Below, one piece after another: positions 22,943-37,600 of a stretch of 64,000 bases of DNA. The DNA lies in NCBI RefSeq assembly GCF_009834535.1, contig NC_045696.1:71612001-71676000 (forward strand), given 5' to 3'. Below the pieces are notes generated by a model. That model did not search any database. It was not told the origin of the DNA and was given only the letters and a program-made list of their open reading frames with translations. How positions within the stretch are numbered: position 1 is the first letter of the stretch; every line of letters starts with the position of its first letter. The translations under genes and the position numbers were made by a program. Origin of the DNA: Camelus ferus. Taxonomy: Eukaryota.

Positions 22943-24593
22943 CCATCAAATACTGAAATCCCTTCCATTCCTAGCCCCAGTATCCTATGCAGAGTGAATG
23001 CATGATGAACTGAAAGAAACTGAATTCCAGAGCTTCCAAAGAGTTGTTTTCATAAGCTGTGCTGTCCCAGCCTGTGGGGCTGCTGGGATCCCACAGCCAC
23101 TGGGAAGGCAAGAGAGAGTGAACAGGTGTTTGTGGGAATGAGGCTGAGGGAGTTGTCTCAGCTGCAACTGTAAGGATCAGCCTCATGAGCCTACTGTCTA
23201 CAGTAAGACCATCGTGAGACTGCTGTTCATCCCCAAGAGAAGTTCCATCTAGTTTTCAGTGTTAAGAGCAACAGAAATTCTTCTGAGTACTTGGATTTGT
23301 GAACTGTGTAACTGACCAGATGGTCTGTCTTTTGTGTTGGTCAAGTGTGAGGCTCATCTGTAATGACAGCGCAGTGGCCATTGTGATGGGCACTTCTAGC
23401 CATTTTCATAGATTATCTTCATTTCCCCACCTCATTTTTTTTAATCTTCTTTCTCCTCTGCTTTTAATTTATGCAATCTTATTATATTTTAGGTACCATT
23501 TAAGTTTTCAGAATTCCATAAATCTTTTCAGAAGCATGGTAGGGCTTTAAATCCATTTTAAGAATAAATAAAATTGCTCATGTAGTCCCTGAGAGAGATT
23601 GACAGTTCAAATATCAAAGCCCAGGAAGCATGATAAATTCACATATGAGCCTAATATGAGGTGAAATAAAACCCTCTATATCTCTATTTATCTATTAGTT
23701 ATTGAGCTAATTCTTACAATAAACTTTAAAAATAGCTATTAAAATCACCACCATTACATATTGAAAAAACTGAAGTTCATGGAGATTAAGTAATACGCCC
23801 AAGTGTAATACGCCCAAGTTCTGAGCTGATGGAACTGGTGTTGAGTCCTGGTCCAATTGATGTCAAAACCAACATCTTTTCCATCCTGTTCCCCTGCTTC
23901 CAGAAGTCCAGTCCTAGGGAGGGAGCAGGAAAGGCATAGTCCAGAGGCAAGACAGAGTAATGACCTTGGGGAATTCTCTCCTGGGTTGAGGCAATTGAAG
24001 GCTTCCAACTATGACTGGAATCCATAGACAGGGTCCAGCCTCTGGGGTAAGAGGCTGGGGAGGCAGCTACTTGAGTTGCTGGAGGGCATCTGCCCCCTAG
24101 CCAGACAGGCCTGATGGTGGGGCCAGGCTCCAGGGCAGAGGAGAGCTGGAGTAAGAACTGAGAACTGAGTCAGGAGCCCTGTTTGGTGCTGGAAGTTGAG
24201 AAAGAAAATTCAGATGGAGCTTGGCGGGGGCTGGGAGGGGTGGGGAGGGTCGGGAAGGGTCACAGAATACCTACAGAAGAATCCTGCACTTTGAGCCAAT
24301 ATAAAGTAGTTCTAGATCCTACCAGGTGTGCCAGTAGGGCTCCTAGTGTCCCTTCACATCTGGGACTGCCTTGGGGACCACAGTTGGGCTCAGCAGAGTG
24401 GGACACAAGCGTTCAGTAAGCACTGATGTAACATTTGGTTTGTGCTGAGTGCTGAGGAACAGAGAGCAATCGCCCCAGATCCTGACCTTGGGAACCTCAA
24501 AGTTCCACGTGGGCACACAGGTCTGCGGGGGGTCTGTTTAGCCCTGGAACCAAGGGTCATGGTCTGACTCACACTCACATGCCTCTCTTCCAG

Positions 24594-24759
24594 GGCCATG
24601 TTCTGCAATGATTTAAAGGAAAAGTATGAGAAGAGGATCGTTATCAAAGGGGTCGATGCGGAGACCATGCACACTCTTCTGGACTACACGTACACCAGCA
24701 AGGCACTGATCACCAAGCAGAACGTCCAGCGGGTCCTGGAAGCTGCTAACCTTTTCCAG
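24594..24759 (+). CDS. KLHL6: KLHL6 coding exon 2 (BTB)
   Basis: Acceptor cctctcttccag|G; encodes (R)[10 protein letters not shown]...VLEAANLFQ; donor CAG|GTGTGT. Confidence 0.96.
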
Positions 24760-27079
24760 GTGTGTGAACAAACAGGCCCAGTGCTCTCCTCTGGAGTAGA
24801 AAAAAGCAGCAATTCTCTGGAGATCTGCCTGGCCTGAGCTCCCAGGCCTGTACCTGAGACACATGCACACACTTAGCTGGGCCTGTGCTTGCTTGAAATT
24901 TCCTGAGAGGTGGTGACCTGGGGGCACGAACTCCTTAATGATAAGAAGCCAGGCGAGCTTTCTGCTTAGAACCCACACTTGGCTCCTAACTCCAGGAACA
25001 ATGACTATAATTTACAGAAGCCTAATCGGAGCCAGGGGCTGCAGTCACCGCCTCATATATGCACTTTCCACTCCTTAGCACAACCCAGGGGGATAGTTAC
25101 TTTCCCTCACTTTATGGGTGGGGAGAGTAAGGCACAGAGAAGTGACAAGGCTGTTATTTGAACCGAAGGCTTTCTGAGTCCAGGGACCACACGCTCACCA
25201 CTGTAACGTGCAGTCTCTCGGGGAGCAGTGTCTAGATTCCGGGGAAAGCAGGACCTTCACTGGTCAGCAGTTTGTGGTGGGTGTAAAAGAAGAGCACTTC
25301 TTATAGAAGACGAGGTAATAATTTTATTTTGCTTCATAAAATAATTATACTCATAGATTATGTCAGTTGCATCCACAGTGATCACAGGGATCCCATCCTG
25401 AGATTCCATCTTTACTGAGGTCTAAGATTACAGTTTGAGCTCCTTTCCATTGGGTTACAACAGAGATTGTCCCACTGAGGATGTTGAAATTTATGATAAA
25501 CAGAGGCCAGGGACAGGCCAGGTCATTCCCAGGGACTGGAGAAAGCATCAGATCTTGTCCATAGTTTGGGACTTTGGGAGTTGGCATCTTCTTGGATTAT
25601 CAGTAGGTCAGCAGTTGGAAGGAACAGAAAACAAAGTCTGGGAAGGTGGGGAATAAGAGGTCTAGGGTCAAGCCCATGGGCAGTGGGATTATCTTTGTTG
25701 ACGCTGGAGTTTACACAGGATTTAAGAAGTCCAGCAAGGAAGGGAGAGTGGAAAGAGGGAGGAAAATCAACGATGGAACAGCACTGATGAATTCTGAGTA
25801 ATGGGTTTCTGCAGTGTTAGCCAATTTTATTGTCTCACTTCCCTCTGGGCATTTTAAAGATACAGGGCAAGTTACTTCCTGCAGGACTAGTCATGCCTCA
25901 CCTGGCAAAGTGGCCAAGTCAGTTACCACCTATACGCTGAGCCCCTTGCCATTTCTGTCCTTATCTGCTTATACCCTCAGCCTACTGACTGGCAGGGAAA
26001 CACCCCGTGTTATATGGAGGGAGGGACTCAGGAACCTCCTGCTCAGCATCCCCACCTCACACCTCCACCCTCTACTCCAGCAACCTAACTACAGGGAACT
26101 CCTTCCAGCGTTATGGAGGAGCCTCTATCTAGTTCAACTTTTATGCTTTTTTAGAACCTTCTCTTAAAAGGCAAACACCCACTTCTTCAATGCTTCCCTC
26201 AAAAGGACCAATAACCTTGCCAGAATCACCCCATTCACCATAGTCCAATCAATCCACTTCATCCTAATCTCCTTCTTGGGGCCCAGAAAGGTTGCTGACT
26301 CATCTAAAGGTGGACAGGTAACACTGACAATAATAGCATTTATTGCTTCGAGTACAGTGTCTGACACCAGAGTAGACACTTAATGAATACAAATTGTATT
26401 GAGCACTTACTGTGTGCCTTGAGTGACAGAGTTGGATTAGTAACCAGGTCTCCTACTTTTCCCACTAACTGAAATTAGGTCCTAGATGGTAGGCTGAGGA
26501 GATAATGTTGTTCTTCAAAATGCAGTTTTTAATATTTATATGCTGTAATAACACTACAAACTCATTTCAGGAAAATTAGAAACCCATACAAACAAAAAGA
26601 ACATAAAAATTACCTGCAATCCCTTCCTATCGAGACAATGTGGCAGCTTCTTTGGTGTATAGACCTGGTGTAATGTCCTTTCTGTGCATTGACCTGTACA
26701 GAGGCAGCCAGCAGGGTGGTTAATAGCATAGCTTGGAGCCAGACTGCTGGGTTTAAATCTCAGTTCCACCACTTATTAGCTGTGTGACTTTGGGTAGGTT
26801 TTATAATTTCACTGTGCTCTGGTTTCCTTGTCAGTAAAACAACTAAATCAAGGAATACAAGAGAGAGGAGACAGAAGAGAAACATGGAAAAGAATCTCCC
26901 TCTGAGCCTCCAGAGAGAGCCAGCCCTACTGACAACTTGATTTCAGACCCTTGACTTCCAAAACTGTGAGAGAATAAATTTCTAGTTGGTTAAACTGCCA
27001 AGTTTGTGGTAACTGGTTATGACAGCCCGAGGAAATGAGTACAAGCTTAAAAAGTAAACTATAGCTAAAAATCTTACAA

Positions 27080-28150
27080 TGAAAAGCAGTGATCTCCTAT
27101 TCCTATGCCCTCTTTCAGCCTACTCTTCTGCAACAATTGCTTTCACACATTTTAAAGTATTTCTGCTTTTATTTATTTCCAGATTTCTAAGTGATTTGTG
27201 TACTCCATTATCTTCTGATGCATCAGTTTTGGATAACTTCTTTTCCCTCTGTCCTCCTGCTCTGATCTTACCTGGGTGCTCACTAGGCCTGTCGCACAGC
27301 TGTTATCCTGGGAGTTCCTGTTGCCTCTTTTCTAAGTCGGATTTTTCTCTCTCTGGATCCCATGTCTTCTTCTTTCTTGTATACTCTCACATTTTAATGG
27401 ATCACAACCTTTAATAGCTTACAATGAAAGGGTATATGAGATAAATTTTTGAAACTTAAATGTCTAAAAATGTTTTTATTTTCTCTTCATATTTGATTAA
27501 TATTTTGGCTGGGTATAAAATTCAAGATTGAAAATAATTTTCTTTTGACATTTGAAGGCAGTGCTCTATACTGTTACCTATTACATATTTTATGAGAATA
27601 GATTTCTATTGGACCCATGTTTTTAAATCTGTTTATTTCACCTGTATTGTATCATAATCATTTTTTTAATGCCAATAGATTCATTTCTGCAACAGCACTT
27701 ACAGTTGCTGTGGGTCTTTTTTCATCCCTTGTGTTGGTTCCTTCAATTGGGAGACTCATGTCTTTCAATTCTGGGAACTTGCATTTTTTCTCTGATATCT
27801 TCCCTTCAACTCTTTTTATCTAAGCTCTGGAGCTATTATTAGCTATTATTAGTTAGGTGTTGCACCTTCTGAATTTAATTTCATTTTTTTGTTACCTTTT
27901 CTTTCCTATTGACCTTTTTGTTCTATTTTCTAGGAGATTTCCTCAACAGTATATGTCAACTCTCCTGTGGATTTTTAATTTCTGCCACCTTATCCTTAGT
28001 TTCCAAGAGTCCTTGTTGTTTATTTTAATAGGGTCCTATTCTTATTTCTTTGAGGCTGTTATAATATATTTGAAGTTTCCTTCTGCTCTCTCTCTCTCTT
28101 GCGAGTTCCTTTACTCTGCTTAGTTGCTTAGGTCTCTGTCTTTCATCTTA
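27080..28150 (-). mobile_element. Old L1 fragment
   Basis: Long T-rich stretch with antisense L1 motifs (tattttggctgggtataaaattc). It is interrupted by the LTR at 28156. Boundaries approximate. Confidence 0.5.
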
Positions 28151-28155
28151 GAGGG

Positions 28156-28631
28156 TGTCTCAGTTTCCTAGGTTTGCTACCATAATAAATTATCACAAAC
28201 TGGGTGACTTAAAACAACATAAATTTATTTTCTCACAGTTCTGGAGGACGGAAGTCCAAAATCAAGGTGTCAGCATTACTCCCTGCGGAGACTGTATGGG
28301 AGACTCTGTTCTTTGCCTCTTCCAGTTTCTGGTGGCCGTTGACATCTCTTCAGTTGTGGCCACACCACTCCAATCTCTGCAACATGGTCACATTGCCTCC
28401 TCTTTCTCTGTGTGTTCTCTCTCTGTGTGTCTGTGTTTTATAAAGATATATGTGATTGCATGTAGGGCCCACCCAGATACGCTCCTCCTTCTTAAGTTAA
28501 GAAATCCTTAACTTAATCACACCTTGTGCCAGATAAAGTAATAGTCACTCTTTTGCCATATAGGGTAATAGGCACAGGCTCTGGGATCATGATGTGGGCA
28601 TATCTTTTGGGGCCACAATTCAGCTACTACA
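28156..28631. mobile_element. MLT1B/C-like MaLR solo LTR with target-site duplication
   Basis: TG...CA termini, 476 bp, perfect 5-bp duplication GAGGG (28151-28155 and 28632-28636); contains acaaactgggtgacttaaaacaac...ctcacagttctggagg. Confidence 0.8.
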
Positions 28632-31600
28632 GAGGGTTTCCTCAAATACCCTTGGCTTTCCAATCATATTTCAGATTGAGGGCTTAATATGCTAGCCTCA
28701 GCTCAGTGCACATGCCATAGGTTGGGAGGCCAGCAGACTTGAGAGTTTTACCAGGGTTATCAGGTGGCCTAATGATTTTTTATTTGGGATCCTCATATGT
28801 CAGTATCTGTTGTTCAGGGTTGTTCAGCTTCTCCAGATAAGGATCTTCAGTCTTTTGCTGGAGGTTAAATACAGCTGCATGTATTCTGGACAGGTGTGTG
28901 GGTGTGTGCAAACCTTTACTTAACCCCTTAATTTTAAGTAAGATGTCTGCACGTGTCTTCCTCGGCTCCTGATGTCTCTGAGTCCAGAACCTTTTTGGTC
29001 TGATATCTCCAGAGGACAAATCTTCCTCTCCAGTGGGAGTGGGAGTTGCTAGACTGCAAGAGGTAGAGAGGAGAACCAGGAGGCTTAACTTCTTAAACCC
29101 TGTTGTCAGCCCCTGTCTATCCTGGACTTCCTGGTATTTGGGGACTTTAATATTCCTAACTTTTGGGGTTCTGAGGGACAAACTTGGTTTGACTCCCCTC
29201 CTGTCATTAAAGTCACTTAACAGTTTTCACATTGTGTGGTTTGGGGTTACTGATGTCTCTTGGTTTCACTGAAGATGGAGTTTGTGTTTCTGTTTCTTGT
29301 TCTCCTTTCAGTTTTCGGTGATTTTTCAAGAGACCTATAAAAACTCTTTCGATAGTAAAGATTGTAATCTTTGGTAATAATGTTGCAAATATTTTCCATT
29401 GATCATATGACTCATAAAATTTTAGTAATATTTTTATATACAAAGTTTAAAACTAGTATTTAGTCAGATATATTGATCATTTCCTTGATGGTTTTTGCCT
29501 TTGGTGTGCATTTTAAAAAAGACCTTCCCCATTGCTTGATTATGCACTTACTCACTTATCATTTCTTTTAGTTTTGTTATATCTACAGATTTGATACTTT
29601 AATCTTTAATATATCTGGAATTTTTTTTGGCATAAAGTTGTTTCTTTGTCTTTTTCTTCTTTTCATTTTCTCCCAAGTGGTAAGTTTCAATGGAGAGTTT
29701 AACGAGTTTTAATGAGAGAGGTTGGAAATGAAGACGGAGACAGGATAGAAATAGAGCAAACTCTGTTTATTGTTGATGCCCCTATTCTGGTAATCCCTCG
29801 CCTCAAAACTTTCCAAATCTCATTCACTTTCTCGACAGGAAATAGTAAGTTTCTCTCTGAGGCTATTTTACTCATTTTCCTATGAGTGTTAGTTCTTATG
29901 AAAACAAGAGAAGAGTTCTGTGAGCTTCTGGGTATCTATTTAACCCACTTTCTGATTGCAATTGCTCCTGGACTGTTTGCTTTGAAGTCTCAGACATAGA
30001 TACTGGAAAATTTTCATGCTTGAAGGCGTTTAAGGTATAGGGGCTTATAGGTTGTTGAAATCTCTTTGTGGTTTTAACATGTTGTTTATTCTTTTGCATG
30101 GATAAAACATATGCCTGTTTCAAATTCAGAAATACAGGAGAAACAGTGAACCACTTGCCATCGTCACTGTTAGCTTCCTTCTTCCTGCCTTGCATGGACC
30201 AATATATACATGCATATAGGACGCTTGCTCATTGCTCTATTTTTTCAAACACAAATGTTGACACACTATACCCTCTGTTTTGCACCTTCCTTTTTTTTTT
30301 TTTTGGCTTCACAACAATTTTTGGAGGTTGTGACAGGTCAGTATATGTGGAGCTGCCTTGTTCTTTCCAATGCTGGATAATATCGTTGGGGTCTCTTTAG
30401 ATATTTAGCATGTATGTTGTCTGTAATGGTCTCTTATAAGGCAGAATGGTAGAGCAGAAAGAACAGGGGCTTTGGAGTCGGAACCTGGGTTTAAATCCCA
30501 GTTCAGTCACTTATTTGCTGTGTGGCTGTGGGCAAATTAGTTAGATTTTCTAAGCCTCAGCTTTCTCATTTGTAAGATTAGGATGACAATAGTACCTACC
30601 TTTCAGGGAGAGTGTGCCAGAGTTGGTATTTTATCTCATCATTTTAGAACCTCCATAGAAGCCAATAACACCTTTGTGGGACTGAAGTCAGTGGGAATCA
30701 GATCATCTTGATTTCCCCACCACATCCAGTAGTAACGTTTCTTAACTTTCCTACCTTTGATGTGGCTCGGCTGCTCTCTCATTCTCTGCTTCTCTTCTCA
30801 GGACTCCTCTTAGTGTTTCTTCCTGTTACACGTTGATTTATTCTTTCCCAGGATTCCCCAGTCCAGAAAGGCAGAAGGGAGAATTTGATCAACTAAGCCA
30901 ATCACTATTGTTGCTATTTGAAAAGAGCCTTTCATTTGAGGCCACTTCCTGAGTTGCTGGCCTGTTAACAGAGTAGTTGCCCTTGGGTCAAGGGCCCATT
31001 GGTCCAATTAGGTATGGCATGGGGTGGGACAGTTTCTTTGGAGGAAACTTTGGGTGTGTCAGGTATTGAATGACCTGCCCACTACTGGAGATTTACAGTG
31101 ACCTGGCCATGATTTATTAGCTAGTTGTGGGGAGAAACATATTTTCTCCAAGTAGTTTTTAGAAAGCTGTAAGTAAGAGAAGCACCTATGAGGAAAGGCC
31201 CAAGTGGCCTGTTCACACGTGAGGCAGGGGTTGTAAGGTGACTGTTACCCAGGGGAGGGTCCAGAGGAGCCAAGGGCCCTCCCTTGCCCGAAGTGGACCT
31301 TTAGACTCTGAATGCTAGATAAGCCAGGTAGTCAGAAATTATAGACCTGGGACAATGACTGTAAGAACTTGGACAGTTTTTTAGTCTTGGAGGACTTTGT
31401 CATGTTTATTTGGAGAACTTTGCCATATTTGTTACTTTCATTTTTATTATTAAAAAATTCATGAAAGAAGAAAGGCTTGTCAGCTTATCTGCAGGGCAGC
31501 AAGAAGATGGGAGGTCAGAGAGACCATACTCATCCTGCATTTATTCTTGGGTGGAAGGGTCCCTAAGATACAGAGCAGCGGTTAGAAGAAACTTGGAAGA

Positions 31601-34600
31601 AAAAAAGGAGGTCATATTGAGTCCCTGGGGCTGAAGTGAGGAAAGAAAGAGGGACATCATGGTGGCAGCCTGGTTATCTGGGCTGAGCCTGAGAGGACAC
31701 ATGTGGTGCTTTGGGAGGTGATGTAACTTTCTTCACAGTGGCAGTCTAAGGAGACTTTGGTGAAGGTCCTGGCATTGCTTATTTTCATATAATTTGTTTT
31801 GCTAATGACAGGATGAATGATGGTGAGATCTATATGATGAGGTATCCATGTGGTCAGTGGCTGACTTGATGGCTTGGGTTGGCTTCTTGGCTTCCCAGTA
31901 CTTGGAATATGGTACATAAATGCTTGCTGAGCCAGTGATTGCATGCTGTTCTTGTTCATCACTAGCTGAATGTGAGCACCTGTTCGAGATGCCATCAAAA
32001 ATTGCCTGACCTCCTGTAAGAGGACACTAAGAAGCCCAATTCTGGCTCTTGGAAATGCTGTAGGATTGTAGAGGAGAAAGTATTCCACAGGCTAATACTA
32101 ATAACTGTTCATTTTCAGGCACTTACGGAGTGCCAGGCACCTAGCCAAAGGTAGGTCCCACTACAATAAGGTACAGATGAACTTCTGTTCTTATTGACAG
32201 GGACCCACAGATTATGTCTACTCAACATCAGAGTAGCCAGTTGATCTTGGCAAGAAAACCAGCCCAATGTTTTCTTTACCATCATCCAGATAAAATCAGC
32301 CTGTTAACTGGTGCACCTTCTTCCACACATTCCCTTTGCCAATCCATGTTACTGTGTGGATACTATTAAGTGTTAAGAAATCAGGGTTAATTTCTTGGGT
32401 CTACATGACTACAACAGTTGTCCTTTTCAGACTATTTCAGAGCAACTATCTCGCCTGTACTATCTCATTTAAAACAAGGTAGGTATTTTTACTCCCAATT
32501 CATAGATGGGGGAAATAAGATTTAGCAATGCTAAATATATGCTCAAGGTTTCACAGCTAGTAAAAGAGAGGAGCCTGAATTTAACTCCTATGCATAGCCT
32601 GTGTGTTCTCCACTACACGTACTATGTGTCCCCCTCAGAGCGAGGCCTGAAATAAGCCATGATTCTGAAGGCAGCTGGGGCCTTCAGTATCCTCAGGAGG
32701 GCTGCCTGATGGAAGATTCTGGGAACCAGTGATGCTCTGTGACTGGCACAGCTGCAGCCCCTTTTGCTCAGCTCCCTCTGGGGAGCCTTGGACATGGGTT
32801 ACTAGGTGCCCCCACAGTGAGCCTGCTGTTGCCCACACAGCATCTCACTTATCTTTGCATTTCTGTGTTTGATCTCAGTGTTCACTATTTTTAATCTTCA
32901 GGTATAGATTACATTCAATAAATTGTTCATATCTTAAGTGTACAGCTTGATGATTTTTTGCATATGTGTACAACCATGTAACCACCACCCAGATTAAGCT
33001 CTAGAACATTTGTGGCATCTCAGAATGCTCCTTCATGCCCTCCTCACGCAGAACCTCCCCAAGGGTAGTTACTACTCTAGCCATGTCACTATGGATTAGT
33101 TTTTTCTCATTTTTGAATTTCATATTGTTCTTGAGTTCCTACCAGTATAGGGATCTAAGTCTTAGGTTACAAAAAAAAGTACGACTTAACCTATTAGTTT
33201 TCTAACATTGAACCTAATCTCTATTCTGAGCTTCCCATTCTACCAGTGGCAGAAATTATAGTCAGCTTAATGACAACTCTCTTCAGGAAAGCCTTATCAA
33301 TTCCAGATTCATGTTGCTTGTATAGTTCACAGTGCCAGAATATTATAGGAAGAAGCATCTGGCATGTTCTTACCATGGTCATTTGCATCACTGGTCTGCG
33401 GTGGCACCTGTTGGTGCATCTGTTTTCCCATTGGTCTCTCTCTTGATCATTGACCCCTTCCCCACTGGCATCAACTGAAAGTCCCCAGTCCCAGCTGGTT
33501 CTGGCCATCAGTCTTGCTGGTCACTTTGCATTCTCTTTGCCCTGTTTTCAAAGGCCTCTTCATCTACTTCCGCGTCCCTCTCAGGGGCACACAAGAACCA
33601 CCCATGTCCTCTCCTATGCCAATCTACAGGAACTATAGGGAACTTGGAGCAGCTGCCATAGGCCCCCCTTTGTCTAGAAACAGCACACTCCAGTTTCTCT
33701 TTTGCTGCTGCTATAGGAGACTGCTGCTTTTCTGATTTCTTCTTCGCCGTCAAGGCACACATCCTTCTGTTCTCCCCACCACCACCTCTAAAGGGTTCCA
33801 GCATCCCCCTTGCTCTGGAGTTCCGGCCTGTATTGAGAGGTAGGCATCATCCCAGGGGCCCACACCTGCTTCTAACTCTATCACTAGACTCCCCCTTTCT
33901 CATCCCTCTTCCAGACCTGGGAACCGTTATCTCCTCCCGGGTGGGAAAAGCTGACTCATTGTCATCCATTCTCCTGTTTCTACTGTTTAGGCATAAACGT
34001 TATGCCTAAACTCTTTAGGATTCTGGATTCTGAAGCTCAGTGGGTCCAGTTATTACCACTAATTGGTGTTTCAAAACTTTTTCTAGAATAAGTTCTAAAA
34101 AGTGTATTTAGAAACTCAGAAGCCAAAATTGTCTTCTTTCATCTATTCTATCACCCTTCCCTGAGTAGGTAAGCCTGGAATGCTCTCACTGCTGCTTGCA
34201 GGTTGTGGAATAAGGAAGTGGGATGTGGGGTTTGGGTTGTAATGCAATCGACATTCTACCAGATTCTGACTTTTTCTGCTGCCTAGCTACCACAAAATTA
34301 CAAAGCGTCTGCTGTGTGCAAGGTACTTTTTGAGAAGCTATCAGCGGGAAATAAAGATAAAAATTATAAATACAGATCACATTTAAGTAGTAATTTATTA
34401 TTTTCTTTCCCCTATGTGATCCTGTTTGATATTGATGGTATTTCTGAGAGTGAGCATTACCCTCATTATGAGCCTGCAAGTTGGGTTTATTACTCCCAGT
34501 GTTCTCCAGACGAGGAGACTGTGGCTCAGGGAGAGTTCAGCTCATCAAGTGGTGGAGCTATGACCTGGGGTCTAAACCCAGAATTTCTGGCTCCTTTGCC

Positions 34601-37600
34601 TGCTTCCCTTTACTACCCTTGAAGCCTCAAAAACAAGGATTCCCACTGAGCTTCCAGACCCCAAGGAAGAATGTAGGAGTTGAGAAATTTCTGGCTCTGA
34701 AGGAGGTAGACTTCATAGAATGAATAAGAGCTCAGCAAGTGGCAGTTGGGCTGGGGTAAAAGTACTCCAGGCAGAGAGAACTTGTAAGCAAAGACAAGGT
34801 TTCACCTTCTCTACCTGCTACCCCACCTGTTGCAGCTGTCTGCATTCATCAGACGTCAGACATCAGGTCTGCAGACATCAACCATGTCCCAGGCACAATC
34901 ATTATATTTAATCCTTACAGTGGTGTCCCTCCCTGGCCTCACCCTCTCCCTGGGCTGAGTCACTAAGCCCCAGCAGTGCCACTTGCCCCTTGAATCTTAG
35001 TGCGGCCCACATGTATCCCCTGTTGTACACTGCTGGCCTACTGGGATCCCCACTATGTCCTCGGGAACTCAGGGGCTCTGCTGCCTGAATCTCTACCAAA
35101 CCTGCCACACCTTTGGGCACTGTTCCTCTCCTTTCCTGCTGGGTTCTATTCTGAGGTCAGTCACTTCCAAGTGCCTCTGTCCCCCAGCACCTGCTCCACC
35201 TCAGTGAGAGGGCCTTTTACAGGTCTCAGCTTCTTCCTTTCCTGCTTACCCTGTGGAGCTTTCAGGAACCAGCAGACCAAGCCTTGGTCTTGGCCAAGCC
35301 TACAGCAAGGATTGAAAGTCTGGAGGGAACAGAGGAAGTCCTGGGGGTGCAGGAGCATGCTCTCACAGAGTCTGAGGTGGGGCTTTGGCCCAAGAGAGAC
35401 AGAGAGATAGGGGTGGAAAATTAGGATCATTGGTAATTTACAATTTATATGAAGACCCCTCTTTAATACCAATACAGATCCCATAAGAGAATGGCTTTAC
35501 ATTTAGTATCTATTGTCTGGGAAGAAAAAAATGGTGACAAAAATTTACAGTGTATTCCGAAACACTTTCAGATAAATTTGAATCTTATTAATCTCATCAA
35601 CAACTAACACAGTCTTCACATATACTGATTTGTTAAGGCCTGAAGGTAAGAATATCAATGTCTTTGTAGACCCTTTGCAGGAACTCCAAGGCCACTTAGG
35701 AGCTATGGTCAATGGAATTCCTGATTAGGACCAAAATAGGACGTCACTTATTCTGGAGTGGATTTGAAAGATCCTCTAGTAAGATGTGAAATTACAGTGG
35801 TGAGGACTTTTAGGACCCCTGGTTCTGGAGAGCATAAAGGAAAGCAGAAGAGGGGCAGGGGAGAGGGGGAGCAGGGGTGCATTCTCTTTGAGGCAGACAC
35901 TTCTCATGGGAACTACAGCCATGTTTCAAGTGGTTTCTTTGATTGTATTTTTAGCCTCCCTGTTCGAGAGTCAGGTGCCTGGCTGTGAACTTTTACTCAT
36001 GTCCCCCCAAACAGGAAGTTGGCTGTCCGTTGCCATTATCTGTCATCACTTAGCTTTAATAAACAAGTTCATGTGTCATTGGGACAGACTGAGACAGAAA
36101 ACTTACCCCAAAGTTCTAAATAATCTTGAATATGAAGAAGCAAAACCAAAATTTTTTTTAAAGAAAACAATTTCTTGTCCCCGTGACTGCCCTGTGCATC
36201 AGCAGTTTCCAAGCCATTGATTAGGATCCCATGATGCTGCCCCACACTCGAAAGTGTTTATTGCAGAATTTGGTGGCGGTGGAGGGGGGTGGATGTAGGC
36301 AGCTCGGAGACCTCTACCCACCCTCATAAGGCCTCCTCAGGCTCTGCTGGAATTTTGTTAGCTCGATGATGCAACAATTTCAAAGGCAGGGAGATGCTCA
36401 GTGAGCAGAATTAGCCGGGTGAACTCAACTATCATCTCTACCACCTACCAGCTGTCTGACCTTGGGCAATACACTTAACTCTTTGAATTCTCTATTTCCT
36501 ACTCTGTACAAATGGTAATATTAATACCTACTTAAAATATATTCATTAAAATTAAAATTTATTCATTAAATAAAATAATGAATGGGAGAGTGTCTAGCAT
36601 GGATCTTGGTACATGCTAGGTATCTGAAAAATATTTTCTTCCTCTCTCTTTCCTTCCCATCTTTCTCTTCTTTTGCCAGAGTTTGTGCTAGGTGCTGCTG
36701 TAAATAAAAACACAAGTATAACCGAGAGCCTTCCTTGAGATGCTTGGCTATAGTAAAAGGCAGACATGTAATCAGTGTTCTACGAAAAGGGCAAGTGAGT
36801 TGCCTGGTAGAGCCCGGAGAGGGGAGGAATTGATTTCATGTTGGGCAGTTGGAGAAGCCATGAAGGTGGAAGTGGCTTTTGATGAAGAACTTCATGAATA
36901 GGTAGGATTTCTCCACTTTTTTCTCTTCCCTTCTCTTCCATTCCCCTTTTCTTCTTAATCAATTATCGACCTAGAATTTAAAATGTCTAGAGGCACAGAA
37001 GCCTCAAAGAACAGTCTGATTAAGACCCTGGCTCTGTGTCCTTCTGGTCCTTTAGGCTGACTCTCCCACTTGTGTTGGCACTGTCCTCAGGTGGATGGAT
37101 ACCAGAGAGCAACGCACAGTGTCTCTGGCAAATGTAATTCCCAGAAAAATGTCACATGTGCAAACAAATGTTTGTATACAATGTAGGGGCTCATAGACTC
37201 TCTGGAGCCCATCTGTTAGTCCCAGATTTAACAACTCTGAATGAAGAAAACAACCCTGTGTAGACATAGTGATGGCCGTGGTACTCACTTCTTCCTCCTT
37301 TTCAAGGCAAGTTTAAAAGAAGACTTCTAACTTGCAGTTGGAGTGAGCTGTACCAAGTCCTTTCTTTAAAAGTGGGGCTCTAGAGTCAAACTTGCTTGGG
37401 TGAGGAGAGCAGAATTTTAGCAGGTAGTAGTGAGGGAGAAAGGTGGTCCTGATGGAGGAAATGGTGTGAGCAAAGAAAGGCACGGTGACAGGTGAGCTTA
37501 GGGCTATTTGGAGAAGGTGAGTAGACAGGTGTGACTCCATCAGAGAGAGTCCTGGTGCTGACTTAGCACCACATTGGGTATGGCTCAGGGGGTAAGGGTG

